Below are positions 26,101-36,844 of a DNA stretch of 64,000 nucleotides, piece by piece (position 1 is the first letter of the stretch; every line of letters starts with the position of its first letter). The stretch lies in NCBI GenBank assembly GCA_964247055.1, contig OZ176051.1:11160001-11224000 (forward strand), written 5' to 3'. The stretch is from Paragordius varius. Taxonomy: Eukaryota; Animalia; Nematomorpha. The translations under genes were made by a program, and so were the position numbers. The notes below the pieces were generated by a model that searched no databases, had not been told where the DNA came from, and was given only the letters and a program-made list of their open reading frames with translations.

Positions 26101-26703
26101 AGTTAAAGCTTTTCTACAATATCTATAGTTTTGTTTCTTAGAGATCCTACATTCCACGTCGCATATTTAAAAGTTTGTCGTTTTAAAATTATTTTAGTTG
26201 TAGTTATCATTATTTAAAAATGAGGCAAAGTTTTACAATTTTATGCCCTTAAAATAAACCTCTTAACTCCAAGGAGGGGTAAATGCAATCCTAGCATTTA
26301 ATAGGGAAATTTATTTGGCTTTCAAACCTAGGAAATTGCCTTACGGGGCTAACGAAATTTCCTCCCCGCATTCAGATATCGATAGTATACCATACGTTGT
26401 ACCATCATTTTTGTGTCGTTAGAAGGGCTCTGGTTATAGCGCCAGTTCCCGCTTTATCGATTGTGTGACTGCAGGCATTGTGGTATTTTTTATAGAGCAT
26501 GAGAAGCCCTTTCGCATGCTCACGACGCCCCACACCACAACAGACCATACGCATGCCTTTCCATGTGCCGCTCTCGTTGGTTGGATATCCAGGGTGCACC
26601 ACGTGGAGGTGAGAGAGCATTATTTTAATTAATATATTATTTGCCATTTTTGGAATTTTGTCGCGGTTTGCAAAAATATTTTGGAGTATGTGTTGGAGAC
26701 CCC
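23177..26703 (-). mobile_element. Near full-length RTE-clade LINE (APE + RT), inactivated by stops and frameshifts
   Basis: ATG at 26210; ATWNVGSL, CCLQETR, VYAPQ, AGDMNGHVG, IDYIL (endonuclease); KAFDRVPR, GLHQGSALSPLLF, YADD (RT); RMRYYGHLDRM, GRPRLTW; (CAA)n tail at 23177-23194. 5' boundary uncertain (26620-26703). Confidence 0.92.
26570..26703 (-). ncRNA. Candidate HDV-like self-cleaving ribozyme in the LINE 5' UTR
   Basis: Minus strand CTCTC-ACC-TCCACGT-GGT-GCACCCT-GG fits P2-P3-L3-P3'-P1'-P1.1; GGGGTCT at 26703-26697 could be P1; GAGAG downstream could close P2. Catalytic J4/2 strand imperfect. Confidence 0.5.
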
Positions 26704-26748
26704 TAATTAATACATAAAAAAACTTATTTAAAATAAAATTAAAAAAAA

Positions 26749-26820
26749 TTCCCATGCCGGGAATCGAACCCGGGCCGTCGCGGTGAGAACGCGAAATCCT
26801 AACCCCTAGACCACATGGGA
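26749..26820 (-). tRNA. tRNA-Glu (anticodon CTC)
   Basis: TCCCATGTGGTCTAGGGGTTAGGATTTCGCGTTCTCACCGCGACGGCCCGGGTTCGATTCCCGGCATGGGAA: 7-bp acceptor stem, TCGCG/CGCGA anticodon stem, TTCTCAC loop, GTTCGA T-loop, oligo-T terminator directly after. Confidence 0.95.
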
Positions 26821-26863
26821 TATCTTTGAGTAATGAAATTTATATTTATATACCTATACATAC

Positions 26864-27033
26864 CTTTTAACAATTGAATCAAGGTAATCCTTGTTGAAAA
26901 AATTTGGAACTTGCATAAGATTATTGAGAGTATGCAAAGCGCATAGTTCTCGTTTTTGTTTTTCGTGATAAATGATTGGTTTTTCTGCTTGATGCGGAAT
27001 AGAATTACAGGAAGAAGAATGCGTACAATTCAT
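26864..27033 (-). CDS. JOSD: Josephin-domain deubiquitinase, exon 1 (total 220 aa)
   Basis: [41 protein letters not shown]...; oxyanion Gln and catalytic Cys; AG|GTATGT donor; 170+165+126+202 nt in frame. Confidence 0.93.
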
Positions 27034-27208
27034 CAAAGGATGAAAATTTATTTAAAACATCATATGTAGGAGTGCTTTAAACCACATGTTTTGCATTAAA
27101 GGTAAAAGCTAGGAAATTTCATCAGTAAGATATGTTTTAGCTATTTTGTCCTGTTTGAATTTAGGAGATAATTTATACCGTAATAGGCATTGGCACAAAG
27201 CCTTCTTA

Positions 27209-28155
27209 CGAGGACTTCTAACCGTTTCGAAAAAAGTGGAACCGACGGGTTGTAATACAAAAATAGAACCGGTGTGGTTCCTAACAACTTTTCTCACATC
27301 CGATTGAAATAGGATTACCTTGTAATTATCTTAGCTTTACAATCACAGACTTAATAATTTAGGGAAATTTTTAACTAAAAAACTTTATCAATTAATGAAT
27401 CTGGTAGAAACCATAAATATAACGTCCATAATCAATTGTCGTTAACCAAAAAAATGAGCCACGTTATACATCAATGGTGAAACCACGGCCTACTGTTTGC
27501 ATGAGGCCTTTAAGATTTTTTGACCACAGATTGAAATATATAAAAATTTAGGTGCATTTTATGGCTCACAAAAAGCTTTTTCACGCTAATTATATTTTCA
27601 GACGTGGTAATATGACGACTTAGTTGCTTGATACAATCCTTTTTAATATATTTTTTTCCATAAATATGAATTCAAATACGTTCTATGTACTTATACGTTA
27701 ATCCATTAAAAATTTCCAATAGATAATGTTTGATTTATAGTTGTTGAGGTTTTAAAAATGTTGTATAAAAATAAAATAAAAAGGGAACTAAAAACCTTAT
27801 CTTGTTATCAATTTGGAAACCTTTTATTTTAACTCGGTTTTACTTTCTCAGGAACGAGCCTGGTTCCGCTTTAAATACTGATTATTTATTTAACGAAACT
27901 ATGGTAATCTTGCTATTGAAAAATTAAAATATTATTGTAAATTAAAATTTTATTTTTATGAAAAAACCATATGGTACCCACTTATTTGGAGGTGAAACCG
28001 AAACCATCCTAGATAATTTTAAAATGGAACCGGAACGGTTATTTGGAAACCGTAAACGGAGTGGTTTCTAAGGAATTATAACTGTATCCGCATTGGCCGG
28101 TTCCTACTATCAGGACCCGCTTTCCGATTTTATGTGTTTCAGTTTCGAAGCCTTG
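27209..28155. mobile_element. Decayed relative of the 11294-12036 hAT element
   Basis: GGAACCG-rich ends; left CGAGGACTTCTAACC and right GTTTCGAAGCCTTG are degenerate versions of CAGGGCTTGGAACC / GTTCCAAGCTCTG; no TSD recovered. Confidence 0.5.
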
Positions 28156-28589
28156 CTTTATATTAACTCCTTTTCGTGCTCTTAATTAGCACTTTCCAAA
28201 CATGGCATGCGCTTTTTTTATAAGTATGTAATCTTTTGTCTGTTTCCGTAATCTAGTTCCAACCGAAATAAAAAAAATGTTTTAGTATTTCGTACCATTA
28301 ACGCTTAAAACATTTTCCTTAGAATTTTAGCACTAAGCTGGGGAAATATTTAGTAATATATATTGTTATCTACCAGAAGTAAAACTATCTATTTAAATAA
28401 CAATACAAAAATCAGGGCATAATATGGACGTATATCCTTAGAATGTTGTGGGATCCGATTTTAAATTTTTGGACTGATCTACAATGGGAAGTTTTTTTGA
28501 ATTAAACGCAAAAAATCTAATATTGTGTGATAAAAATCTTAATAATAAGAAAATAAAACTTTTTAAGAGGAAAATGCATATTATAAAAC

Positions 28590-29115
28590 CGCATCCCGAG
28601 ATAAAACGAAGGATAGCCATGGCCAAAACGGCCGCAAATAATTATAACAAAATCTGGGCATCCCATGATGTCAGCCTTAAAATGAAAATTCGACTTGCAA
28701 ATGCCATCGTTTTAACTTTCCTCTACGGGTGTGAAGGTTGGACTTTAAAAAATCCGACACATGGATAATTAAGTCCTTTGAAATGTGGATGTGGAGAAAA
28801 CTTTAAATAAATTGGACGTTTGAACAAAATCAATCCCGACATTCATTGCTCGGAATGTCCATCCGCACCAAACTATCCTACTTTGGCCACATTATGAGAT
28901 TTAATTCACTGGAAAAGTCCTTGATGTTGGGTAAAGTTAGCGGTACAGATAAAAGGGGCCGAAGAAGGATAAGGTGGATGGACAATAATCAACGAGAAAC
29001 CCACGCAACCTTGGCTGAACATAACATTAAAACTAAAAACCGCAATTTATGGAGAAGTTTTATTTACAATATTGCAAAAAGTCGACCTCGACTCTAGCAA
29101 CCACACACACACACA
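28590..29115 (+). mobile_element. 5'-truncated RTE LINE 3' fragment
   Basis: HPEIKRRIAMAK...LYGCEGWTLK...KLSYFGHIMRFNSLEKSLMLGKVSG...RW; (CA)n-like tail. Confidence 0.85.
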
Positions 29116-30240
29116 TTTATAGGTAATTCGTTTATGCTGATTTTATCAATTCAGAATTTCGATTAAAGCGTTATTGTGGTTCCAAATAAAATTTATAAAC
29201 CAGAAAACTCGCTTAACCAATTTTTTTACATAATATACATTTTTCGGGCTAAATTATAAGGAGGCGTGCTGTGCACTATGTCCCATTTTTAAACCCGGAT
29301 ATTGTAATAAAAATGTTAATATGTAAAATATGTTTTTTTTATTTAAGATTCGATGAGTGATTTGAGGAATTAAATTCAGTTTAATAAGAAAAATTAAAAT
29401 TATAATAACATTTTATTTACACGGCAAATAAAATAAAATGTTTAAAATTGATAAAAAATTATTTGCTAAAATAAAATTTGTTTATGCAGAAAAAGATGAA
29501 TCAGAATGGAAACAAATTAGGAATGTAACATAACAATATTGCCTTCCATACAGTGTCCACAAAAAATATCCAAGATGAAATATATATATATTCTGATAAA
29601 AAAATGTATCAGGATTATTATGGTGCTTTTGGTTTTAGCCTTTGCGAGTGATTTAAGAAAGTTATTTACATTAATGTAATAACTCCATATAAGAAGATGG
29701 CAAAATCTGTGCACATTTTGTTAAAAAAGTTTGTTTTGGTGAAAGCTAAATGCCATTAAAAATCACTAAATATATATTTTTCATATAATAAGAAAAACAT
29801 ATTTTTTTAATTTTAAATTAGATGAGGACCCGAAAATCTCAATTATTTCGCCCTTTTTAAATGGGCTATTTCTCTTAAACCACGAAAAAATACCGACATT
29901 CCGCGATATGAATTTTAAATATGTTAAAATTTTGATATCAAATAAGTTTTCTCAGGCGAGTATTTTGCTTAAAAATTTAATTTATAGCAAGATTTTAATC
30001 AAGCGTACTTCATAAATTTTTAAAGCATATAAACGGGTATAAAAACGCTTTAAGATTCTATAAAAACACCTTTGCATATAATCTGATGATGCTGAACATT
30101 TATAATACCTCATGACATAAATTCGTTTGTCTTAAAATCATAAATTGTTTAAGGCAAACGGACATTCAAATTAAAATTCTGAGGCGATGAAATGTTCAGC
30201 ATCCTCGAATTAGAATAAAATATTTTTTGCCTTTAGTATA

Positions 30241-33200
30241 TGTTAGGCAAATCTGAAAGATATACTTTATTTTTATAATATTTTTCTGTGTTATATGCAA
30301 ATGTGAAATACATACTTTGGTTATATATCATAACTTTCACCGTTATTTGAATTGTATTATTTTCTATATTTTTTGTGTTATATGTAAATATATAACCTTT
30401 GTTACTTGGAATTTTATTGATATAATGCAAATCATGGACAGTTAAAATTGCTATATATACACCTTAAAAAACCAAAATAAATAGTTCAGTTCATTTCACA
30501 TTTCTTTTATTATCTCTTATCTTAAAAGATAAAATTGGTGGCAATTCGAGTACCGAACTAAGCTAGTGCTAGTGGAGGTCTTACTGATACCCAATCGAAC
30601 ATGACAACGCCAATCAATCTCGCTAACCTATGCATCGAAAAATATAATGATAATATTAAGTTTGAGGAATACGTTGAGTATATGACAAATGTTATGGAGG
30701 CAAAAGATATCCCTGTAACAGAACAAGCCCTCAAAACAACCTTGCTTGCGTATGGAGGTCTAATGGTGGTACGCAAAATCAACCAACGACTCTATCCGAA
30801 AAAGATAAAAGATGCAGAATGGACCGAGATAATGGCAACGGGTTTAAAGGTATTCAATCCCACAAAGTCGAAATTCCAAAGCAGATTTGAGTTTTTTCGA
30901 CTTGTGCGGAACAACACCGAATCGTTTACCCAATTTCTAGAACGGGTAAAAATCGCAGCCGAAGAGGCAAAATTTAAGGATTCAATAGAGAAACGGATTC
31001 GGGATGCCTTCGTCATTGGGTTACGGCAACCACAATTGGAAATTGACATACATTCAAGGTATCCCGATGCCGAGATCAACGGACAACCCGTGCCTCTAGA
31101 AACGATAGTGGATCTCGCACTAGCACACGAGGCTGCCAGGGCTGGCCTTCATAACAATAATGATAATACCAATTATAATAATGGTAATAATTTAAATCGA
31201 TTACAACACACCAATAATAATAACAAGGCCATGCGTTCACGACAGCCAACAGCAAAACCCCTAACACATTCGTGCAATCGTTGTGGTAATAGCCATGGAC
31301 CAAACAAATGTCCTGCCTGGAACCGCAATTGCAATAAATGCGGAAAACCTCATCACTTCGCAAAAATGTGTAGATCAAAAAACACTGCCAAAAATTTGTT
31401 CAACCGCCAGATCCATAGAAAAGCAATGCCAACCTCACCATGGACCGTAAAAATAATGATAAACAACACAGAACAAACGTTTATCTATGATACTGGAGCT
31501 GACATCAGTGTTATCAGCTTTGACACCTGGAAACAAGTTGGCAAGCCAAATATTAGACCCATACCGCCAGTAAAAGCCTACAATAATAGCATAGTACCTC
31601 TACTGGGCGTAACAACAGTCACAGTGCAAATCAATGGGCAAAACTTGGGGAACGCAGAATGTTGTGTATTGAAAGAAAAAATGTCAAAGGCACCGCTCAT
31701 TTGTGGCTTGGATTGGATCACGAGATTTAACATCGACATTCCTAAAGTACGAATTAACTTTCTTAAACTTGATAAAATTATTGAAAATTTCCCTAATCTA
31801 TTTAAAGAGGAATTAGGTTGTTACATTGAGCCAGTTACAATTCATATAGCACCCAATGCCTCCCCCAAAGTTTGGCCTTGCCGCCGAGTACCGTTTCCCC
31901 TAAGAGCAAAAGTTGAAAATGAATTACTAAGATTACAAAAGTTAGACATTTTGGAGCCGATAGATCCCAACCTTACACCTCTGACATGGGCCACGCCCAC
32001 CGTTAATGTGCTCAAAGCGAATGGAGAGGTAAGAATTTGCAGCGATTTTAGAGTTACCATCAACAAGTGGCTCACTGAGGACTCTCATATCATTCCAACG
32101 TTTGATGATTTAGTGAGTAAGATTGGCGAAGGCCAAGTTTTCACTAAGATTGACTTGAAAGATGCCTATCTACAAATGCCCATAACCAAAGAATCACAAG
32201 ATCTCTTGACAATTGCGACTCACAAAGGATTTTTTCGCTACAAAAGGATGCCTTTCGGACTGTCAACAGCACCAATAATTTTCCAACGAGTCATGGACCA
32301 GGTTATAAAAGATTGTCCCGGCACTTGTGCATATTTAGATGATGTTTTAGTAACTGGCAAATCTGAACAGGAACATTTAATAAATCTTAATAATGTTTTA
32401 AATCGGTTAGAATTAGCAGGTTTTAGATTAAGAAAAGATAAAATAAAAATTGGTGAACCTTCAGTAAGTTATCTGGGATTTGAAATAAGTAATAAAGGTA
32501 TAAGTCCTTGCAAGAATAAAGTAAAAGCAATCAATGATTTTAAAAAACCTGTGGATAAAAAATCTTTAAGAAGTTTTCTAGGATTTTTGACGTTTCATGA
32601 AAGATTTATACCCAAGCTTCAATTGATTGTAAGTGACTTACATAGTTTAACAAGTAAGAACGTTAGATGGAACTGGTCGGAAAAACATGAGAATTGTTGG
32701 AAAGCCGCTAAGGAATTATTAAGTGAACAAGTATTTTTAACACCATACAATCCGGATAGAAAGTTAGTAATTGAAACCGATGCGTCAGATATAGGGTTTG
32801 GATGTATTTTAAGTCATGTTGTAAATGGTGAAAGGAAACCTATTGCCTATGGTTCAAGAAAATGTAGTACCGCAGAATCAAACTACTCCACGATAGAAAA
32901 GGAATTAAAGGCTATTGTTTTTGCATTAGAAAAGTTCCACAACTTCATTTATGGTAGAAAGTTTGAAATTTTGACAGACCACTTACCACTTGTTAGGTTA
33001 ATAAATAGGGATAGAAATTTGAAAGAAATACAAAATGCGAAAGTTTTAAGATGGGTGAACCGTTTGAATGATTATGACTTTGAACTTAGTTATCAGGCGG
33101 GTCCCAAAAATAGAGCTGATTACTTATCAAGATGTCCCAGTGATGATAATGTCGACACAATCGATAGAGATTACATGGTAACTAGATATCTTAGGTTTCT

Positions 33201-34826
33201 TAATTGTCATAACGTTCAGTTAAGTCGCGATGAAATTCGGAGAGAAACGGTTAAAGATAAAATTTTGCAGAAAGTAATTAAGGCGATTCATAACCAAGAT
33301 TGGAGTGATGTTGAGTTGGCTGGGTTTACGAATCGGAAGGGAGAGATTTCGTACCAATACGGATTGGTCAGTTTAAACGATCGAATTATCATTCCAGAAA
33401 GCTTACAGTCAAACGTGGTCAACTACTTACACAGCGGGCACAATAACGTAGAAACAATGAAAGCAATGGCAAGGTTTACTTGTTTTTGGCCGAAATTAGA
33501 GAACGATTTGGTAAGAAGATACAGTGAGTGTAGTGCATGTCAGATAAACAAGCCAAGCCTAGTTGAAAATCCGACTTATCATTGGGATCCAAATGCTGCG
33601 ATATGGGAACGGTTACACATCGATATAGCGGGACCAGTTGACGGGTATTATTGGTTGTTACTGATTGATAGCTCATCCAAATGGGCGGAAGGGTTCATGT
33701 TAAAAAGGGTTAATTCGGTAAACATATTGCATAAACTCGAGGAAACCTTTGCCAGGTTTGGGTTTCCGAGGACGGTTATTAGTGATAATGCTTCTTATTT
33801 TAGTAATTCGTACTTCACATCCACTCTAACAAACTTGGGTATTAAACACGTAAGGGTAACCCCCTATCATCCTAAAAGTAATGGGATGGTAGAAAGGTTA
33901 GTGGGGACCCTCAAGGGCAAGTATAGAAAAATCAAAAATGATAATATTTCACCACAAGAAGCCTTCAATACCACTCTATGGTCGTATCGTAATTCAATAC
34001 ATGCGACTACAAAAGAAACCCCGTTTCAACTACTCTTCAAACGAGTATCTCAAACACCCCTCACCTGGATCAACACAAAAGCAACAATCTTAGACGCACC
34101 CCGTCCACGCCGTGAATTCTCAATAAACCAACCCGTAATGATGAGAAACGAACAAAATGTTGGATGGCGAGCCGGCGATGTTGTTGATAGAACGGGTCTC
34201 CTTTCGTACAGTGTGTGGGATCAGGTAAACCAGAAGATTGTCAGAAAGCATGCAGATCAGTTGAAACACGTAGACCTACCGGCCAACTCAACCGCACCAA
34301 ACAATAGTAATGATAGTAATATAGACAATAACAATAATAATAATGATAGTAGTATTGATAATAATAACAATAGTAATAACAATAATAATGATAAAATAAA
34401 TGATAATAATAATGATAGTAGCAATGATAACATTAATAATAATAATGACAATATCAATGCAAATCCGCACGAGCGACGTTACCCCGAGAGAATTCGGCGA
34501 CCGCCGGTCCGGTTCTCTTAAGGGGGAAGTGATGTTAGGCAAATCTGAAAGATATACTTTATTTTTATAATATTTTTCTGTGTTATATGCAAATGTGAAA
34601 TACATACTTTGGTTATATATCATAACTTTCACCGTTATTTGAATTGTATTATTTTCTATATTTTTTGTGTTATATGTAAATATATAACCTTTGTTACTTG
34701 GAATTTTATTGATATAATGCAAATCATGGACAGTTAAAATTGCTATATATACACCTTAAAAAACCAAAATAAATAGTTCAGTTCATTTCACATTTCTTTT
34801 ATTATATCTTATCTTAAAAGATAAAA
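30241..34826 (+). mobile_element. Ty3/gypsy (Mag-like) LTR retrotransposon, young, intact ORF
   Basis: 294-bp LTRs at 30241-30534 and 34533-34826 with one mismatch seen; 5-bp TSD GTATA; PBS-like TGGTGGCA at 30536; PPT AAGGGGGAAGTGA at 34520-34532. Confidence 0.96.
30601..34521 (+). CDS. Gag-Pol polyprotein (1306 aa, single ORF)
   Basis: Two zinc knuckles CNRCGNSHGPNKC / CNKCGKPHHFAKMC, protease YDTGADIS, RT YLDD, RNase H ETDAS, integrase H-H...CSAC, DIAGP, SDNA, ERLVGTLK in gypsy order; C-terminal RRYPERIRRPPVRF. Confidence 0.96.
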   Translation: MTTPINLANLCIEKYNDNIKFEEYVEYMTNVMEAKDIPVTEQALKTTLLAYGGLMVVRKINQRLYPKKIKDAEWTEIMATGLKVFNPTKSKFQSRFEFFRLVRNNTESFTQFLERVKIAAEEAKFKDSIEKRIRDAFVIGLRQPQLEIDIHSRYPDAEINGQPVPLETIVDLALAHEAARAGLHNNNDNTNYNNGNNLNRLQHTNNNNKAMRSRQPTAKPLTHSCNRCGNSHGPNKCPAWNRNCNKCGKPHHFAKMCRSKNTAKNLFNRQIHRKAMPTSPWTVKIMINNTEQTFIYDTGADISVISFDTWKQVGKPNIRPIPPVKAYNNSIVPLLGVTTVTVQINGQNLGNAECCVLKEKMSKAPLICGLDWITRFNIDIPKVRINFLKLDKIIENFPNLFKEELGCYIEPVTIHIAPNASPKVWPCRRVPFPLRAKVENELLRLQKLDILEPIDPNLTPLTWATPTVNVLKANGEVRICSDFRVTINKWLTEDSHIIPTFDDLVSKIGEGQVFTKIDLKDAYLQMPITKESQDLLTIATHKGFFRYKRMPFGLSTAPIIFQRVMDQVIKDCPGTCAYLDDVLVTGKSEQEHLINLNNVLNRLELAGFRLRKDKIKIGEPSVSYLGFEISNKGISPCKNKVKAINDFKKPVDKKSLRSFLGFLTFHERFIPKLQLIVSDLHSLTSKNVRWNWSEKHENCWKAAKELLSEQVFLTPYNPDRKLVIETDASDIGFGCILSHVVNGERKPIAYGSRKCSTAESNYSTIEKELKAIVFALEKFHNFIYGRKFEILTDHLPLVRLINRDRNLKEIQNAKVLRWVNRLNDYDFELSYQAGPKNRADYLSRCPSDDNVDTIDRDYMVTRYLRFLNCHNVQLSRDEIRRETVKDKILQKVIKAIHNQDWSDVELAGFTNRKGEISYQYGLVSLNDRIIIPESLQSNVVNYLHSGHNNVETMKAMARFTCFWPKLENDLVRRYSECSACQINKPSLVENPTYHWDPNAAIWERLHIDIAGPVDGYYWLLLIDSSSKWAEGFMLKRVNSVNILHKLEETFARFGFPRTVISDNASYFSNSYFTSTLTNLGIKHVRVTPYHPKSNGMVERLVGTLKGKYRKIKNDNISPQEAFNTTLWSYRNSIHATTKETPFQLLFKRVSQTPLTWINTKATILDAPRPRREFSINQPVMMRNEQNVGWRAGDVVDRTGLLSYSVWDQVNQKIVRKHADQLKHVDLPANSTAPNNSNDSNIDNNNNNNDSSIDNNNNSNNNNNDKINDNNNDSSNDNINNNNDNINANPHERRYPERIRRPPVRFS

Positions 34827-36004
34827 GTATACCGTTTACCATCCTTCAAAATACCATAAAACTCGCTTCACCAAAACTTTGCTAAAAATTAAATTTTTAA
34901 ACAATGAATTTATTTTTTCAGGAAAAACTTTTTTTGATATTAAAATTTTGCACATATACTCATAACTTTTATTGCGCAATCTCGGCATTTTGGCGTTCTA
35001 GCCCATTTTAAAAGGGCGAAAAATCTGGAACTTACGTGGCCACATCTAAATTTTATAAAAACATTGTTTTGCTTTTAATATCAGTTTATCATATATTTTA
35101 ATTATATTTTCTGGAATGAAGCATTTAGCTTTTAAAAAAATATATTTGCAGATGAGCGCAAATCGTGCTATTTTCTGATATATAAAAACTCGTAAGGACC
35201 AAAACTAAAAGCTCCTGATACATTTTCCTAATATATATATTCATAAAATTATTTTTTTTACCCCCCAATCGAATATCAGTGTAATGAGAATATAAAACGC
35301 AAAATGTTAATTTTTTTTTCGAAAAAAGGTTTTATCGAAATCATATGCCATATTATATATTATTATTTTTGGAATCAAGCATTTGGCTTTAGGCAAAAAA
35401 ATTTATTTGATAAGCCCTTATTTTGCGTCTTTTCGTATGGAGCAATTACAAGAAAAATCCAACTTTTTTAAATTAATCGTAAGGCCCAAAACAAAAATAA
35501 TTATAACCAATTTATTAAAATCCATATAATCGAGCTATTTTTTTATCCCCCCAATTTTGAGAAGGTATTGATCTCAAAACTTGTATTCGTGGATGAGTTT
35601 TGAATGTAGCCTATTTCGTTTTGACCTTCTATATAATCTGGTCGTTTAAGCCTAATGAAAACGGAATTTCTCTTTTTTAGTGTGCAACCGATTGGTTTCG
35701 CTGTGCGAGTATAAATTTATAAATATATGCTAATAATTAGATTTGGAGAGTGAGGCATTTTAGAGTGGTCTATTAACATAAAATCATGTTTACGAAACAA
35801 TCCATTAAATAAAAATTAATTTTGTTATATATCTATTAATACCCTTATCGATGCTACCAGTGCAAAATGTTTATAATACGAAATTGCATTTTATAAAATA
35901 TTTAAATTAAAGTGTTATTGAGAGGCAGTAAACTACTAAAAAACCTATGTGTTAAAATATTTTTTAATAAAATTCGTAGCGGCATTGCAAAAAGCATGCG
36001 AATT

Positions 36005-36720
36005 TATAACATTTCTATGTATTCTCTCAACGTTTCTAGATCCTCGATTACAGGCGGGACATTTGCTTGGCCCATGAACACTCCCATAACTCTTGCGCGA
36101 ATGTGTTCGAGGTTTTGATTGTTGTGATCGATTAAAATTATTACCATTGCTATAATTGGTATTATCAATATTTTTTTGATGGACATGTTGGTGATATTGG
36201 CAATTGACATTGTCATGGTTGTTGCACTTTCTCTATATCCACCATCCGAGTTTGGAACCCGGTGGGCTCCACTGTTATGTTAGATTAGTTGTTAGATTAG
36301 TTCGGATTCGCTTGGCTACCAGATGTTAATTTGAAGAGAAGATAATACGTGAAATGCAAATGCGGAAAACCCAACCACTTCGCTAATGTAGATCAAAAAC
36401 ACTGCCAAAAATATCAACTGCCAGCGCACTGAAAGTCGGGCTATGAATCTGGAGCGACTCTAGATACATCAACAAATGGCTGGGGAGGACTCCCACATCA
36501 TTCAACATTTGATGAATGGGTAAGTAAGATTGGCGCGGACAAGCTTGTAATAAGATTGATCGGTAAGACGCCTACCTCCCCAGGCCGCGCTAAAGAGTCG
36601 CTACACCCCCTCTACGATTTCAATGCAAAGAGGATGTTAAAGATACCGTTCAGATTCCCACAGCGCCGATAATATTTCAGTGCGACTGGACCAGTTTAAC
36701 AAGAAATGGTCCAGGATGGC
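36005..36720. mobile_element. Scrambled relic of the same gypsy family (part inverted, part deleted)
   Basis: Minus strand 36045-36180 reads DNTNYSNGNNFNR...KPRTHS...HGPSKCPACNR (cf. gag at 31160-31325); plus strand 36350-36425 matches 31330-31410 and 36430-36700 matches RT 32005-32300 with many indels. Confidence 0.75.
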
Positions 36721-36844
36721 GTGAGGCATAGATCAAATGATTCGTCGACACACAACACGTGATGTTATCTTTCAAACTATGATCTACCTTATGCAAATAT
36801 TCGTCGACACACCCAAAACATGTATTATTATTCAAACTAGTATT

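Larger units (their letters stand above)
29551..35560. mobile_element. Foldback element with TA|CAGTGTCCACAAAAA terminus, interrupted by the gypsy insertion
   Basis: Left arm 29551-30080 mirrors 34830-35260 (e.g. TTTCGCCCTTTTTAAATGGGCTA vs TAGCCCATTTTAAAAGGGCGAAA); right boundary approximate, with a partial duplicate arm to ~35560. Confidence 0.6.

Noticed and set aside
26405-26755. 116-aa ORF in the LINE 5' region
   Set aside because: Starts inside the tRNA, runs through the terminator and structured UTR, no recognisable motif; a short RTE uORF cannot be fully excluded.
30233-30430. Antisense ORF in the LTR (also 34288-34722)
   Set aside because: Repeated only because the LTRs are duplicated; AT-rich composition; the extension is the antisense of the AAT tract.
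30558-34457. Several minus-strand ORFs within the gypsy polyprotein
   Set aside because: Antisense shadows of a long coding frame.
36004-36216. ORF MTMSIANITNMS... as a novel membrane peptide
   Set aside because: An alternative frame of the same DNA is the gypsy gag fragment.
36240-36300. TAACA followed by TGGAGCCCACCGGG on the minus strand, resembling an LTR end plus PBS
   Set aside because: Does not match the neighbouring element's LTR or PBS, no partner LTR, and lies in scrambled sequence.
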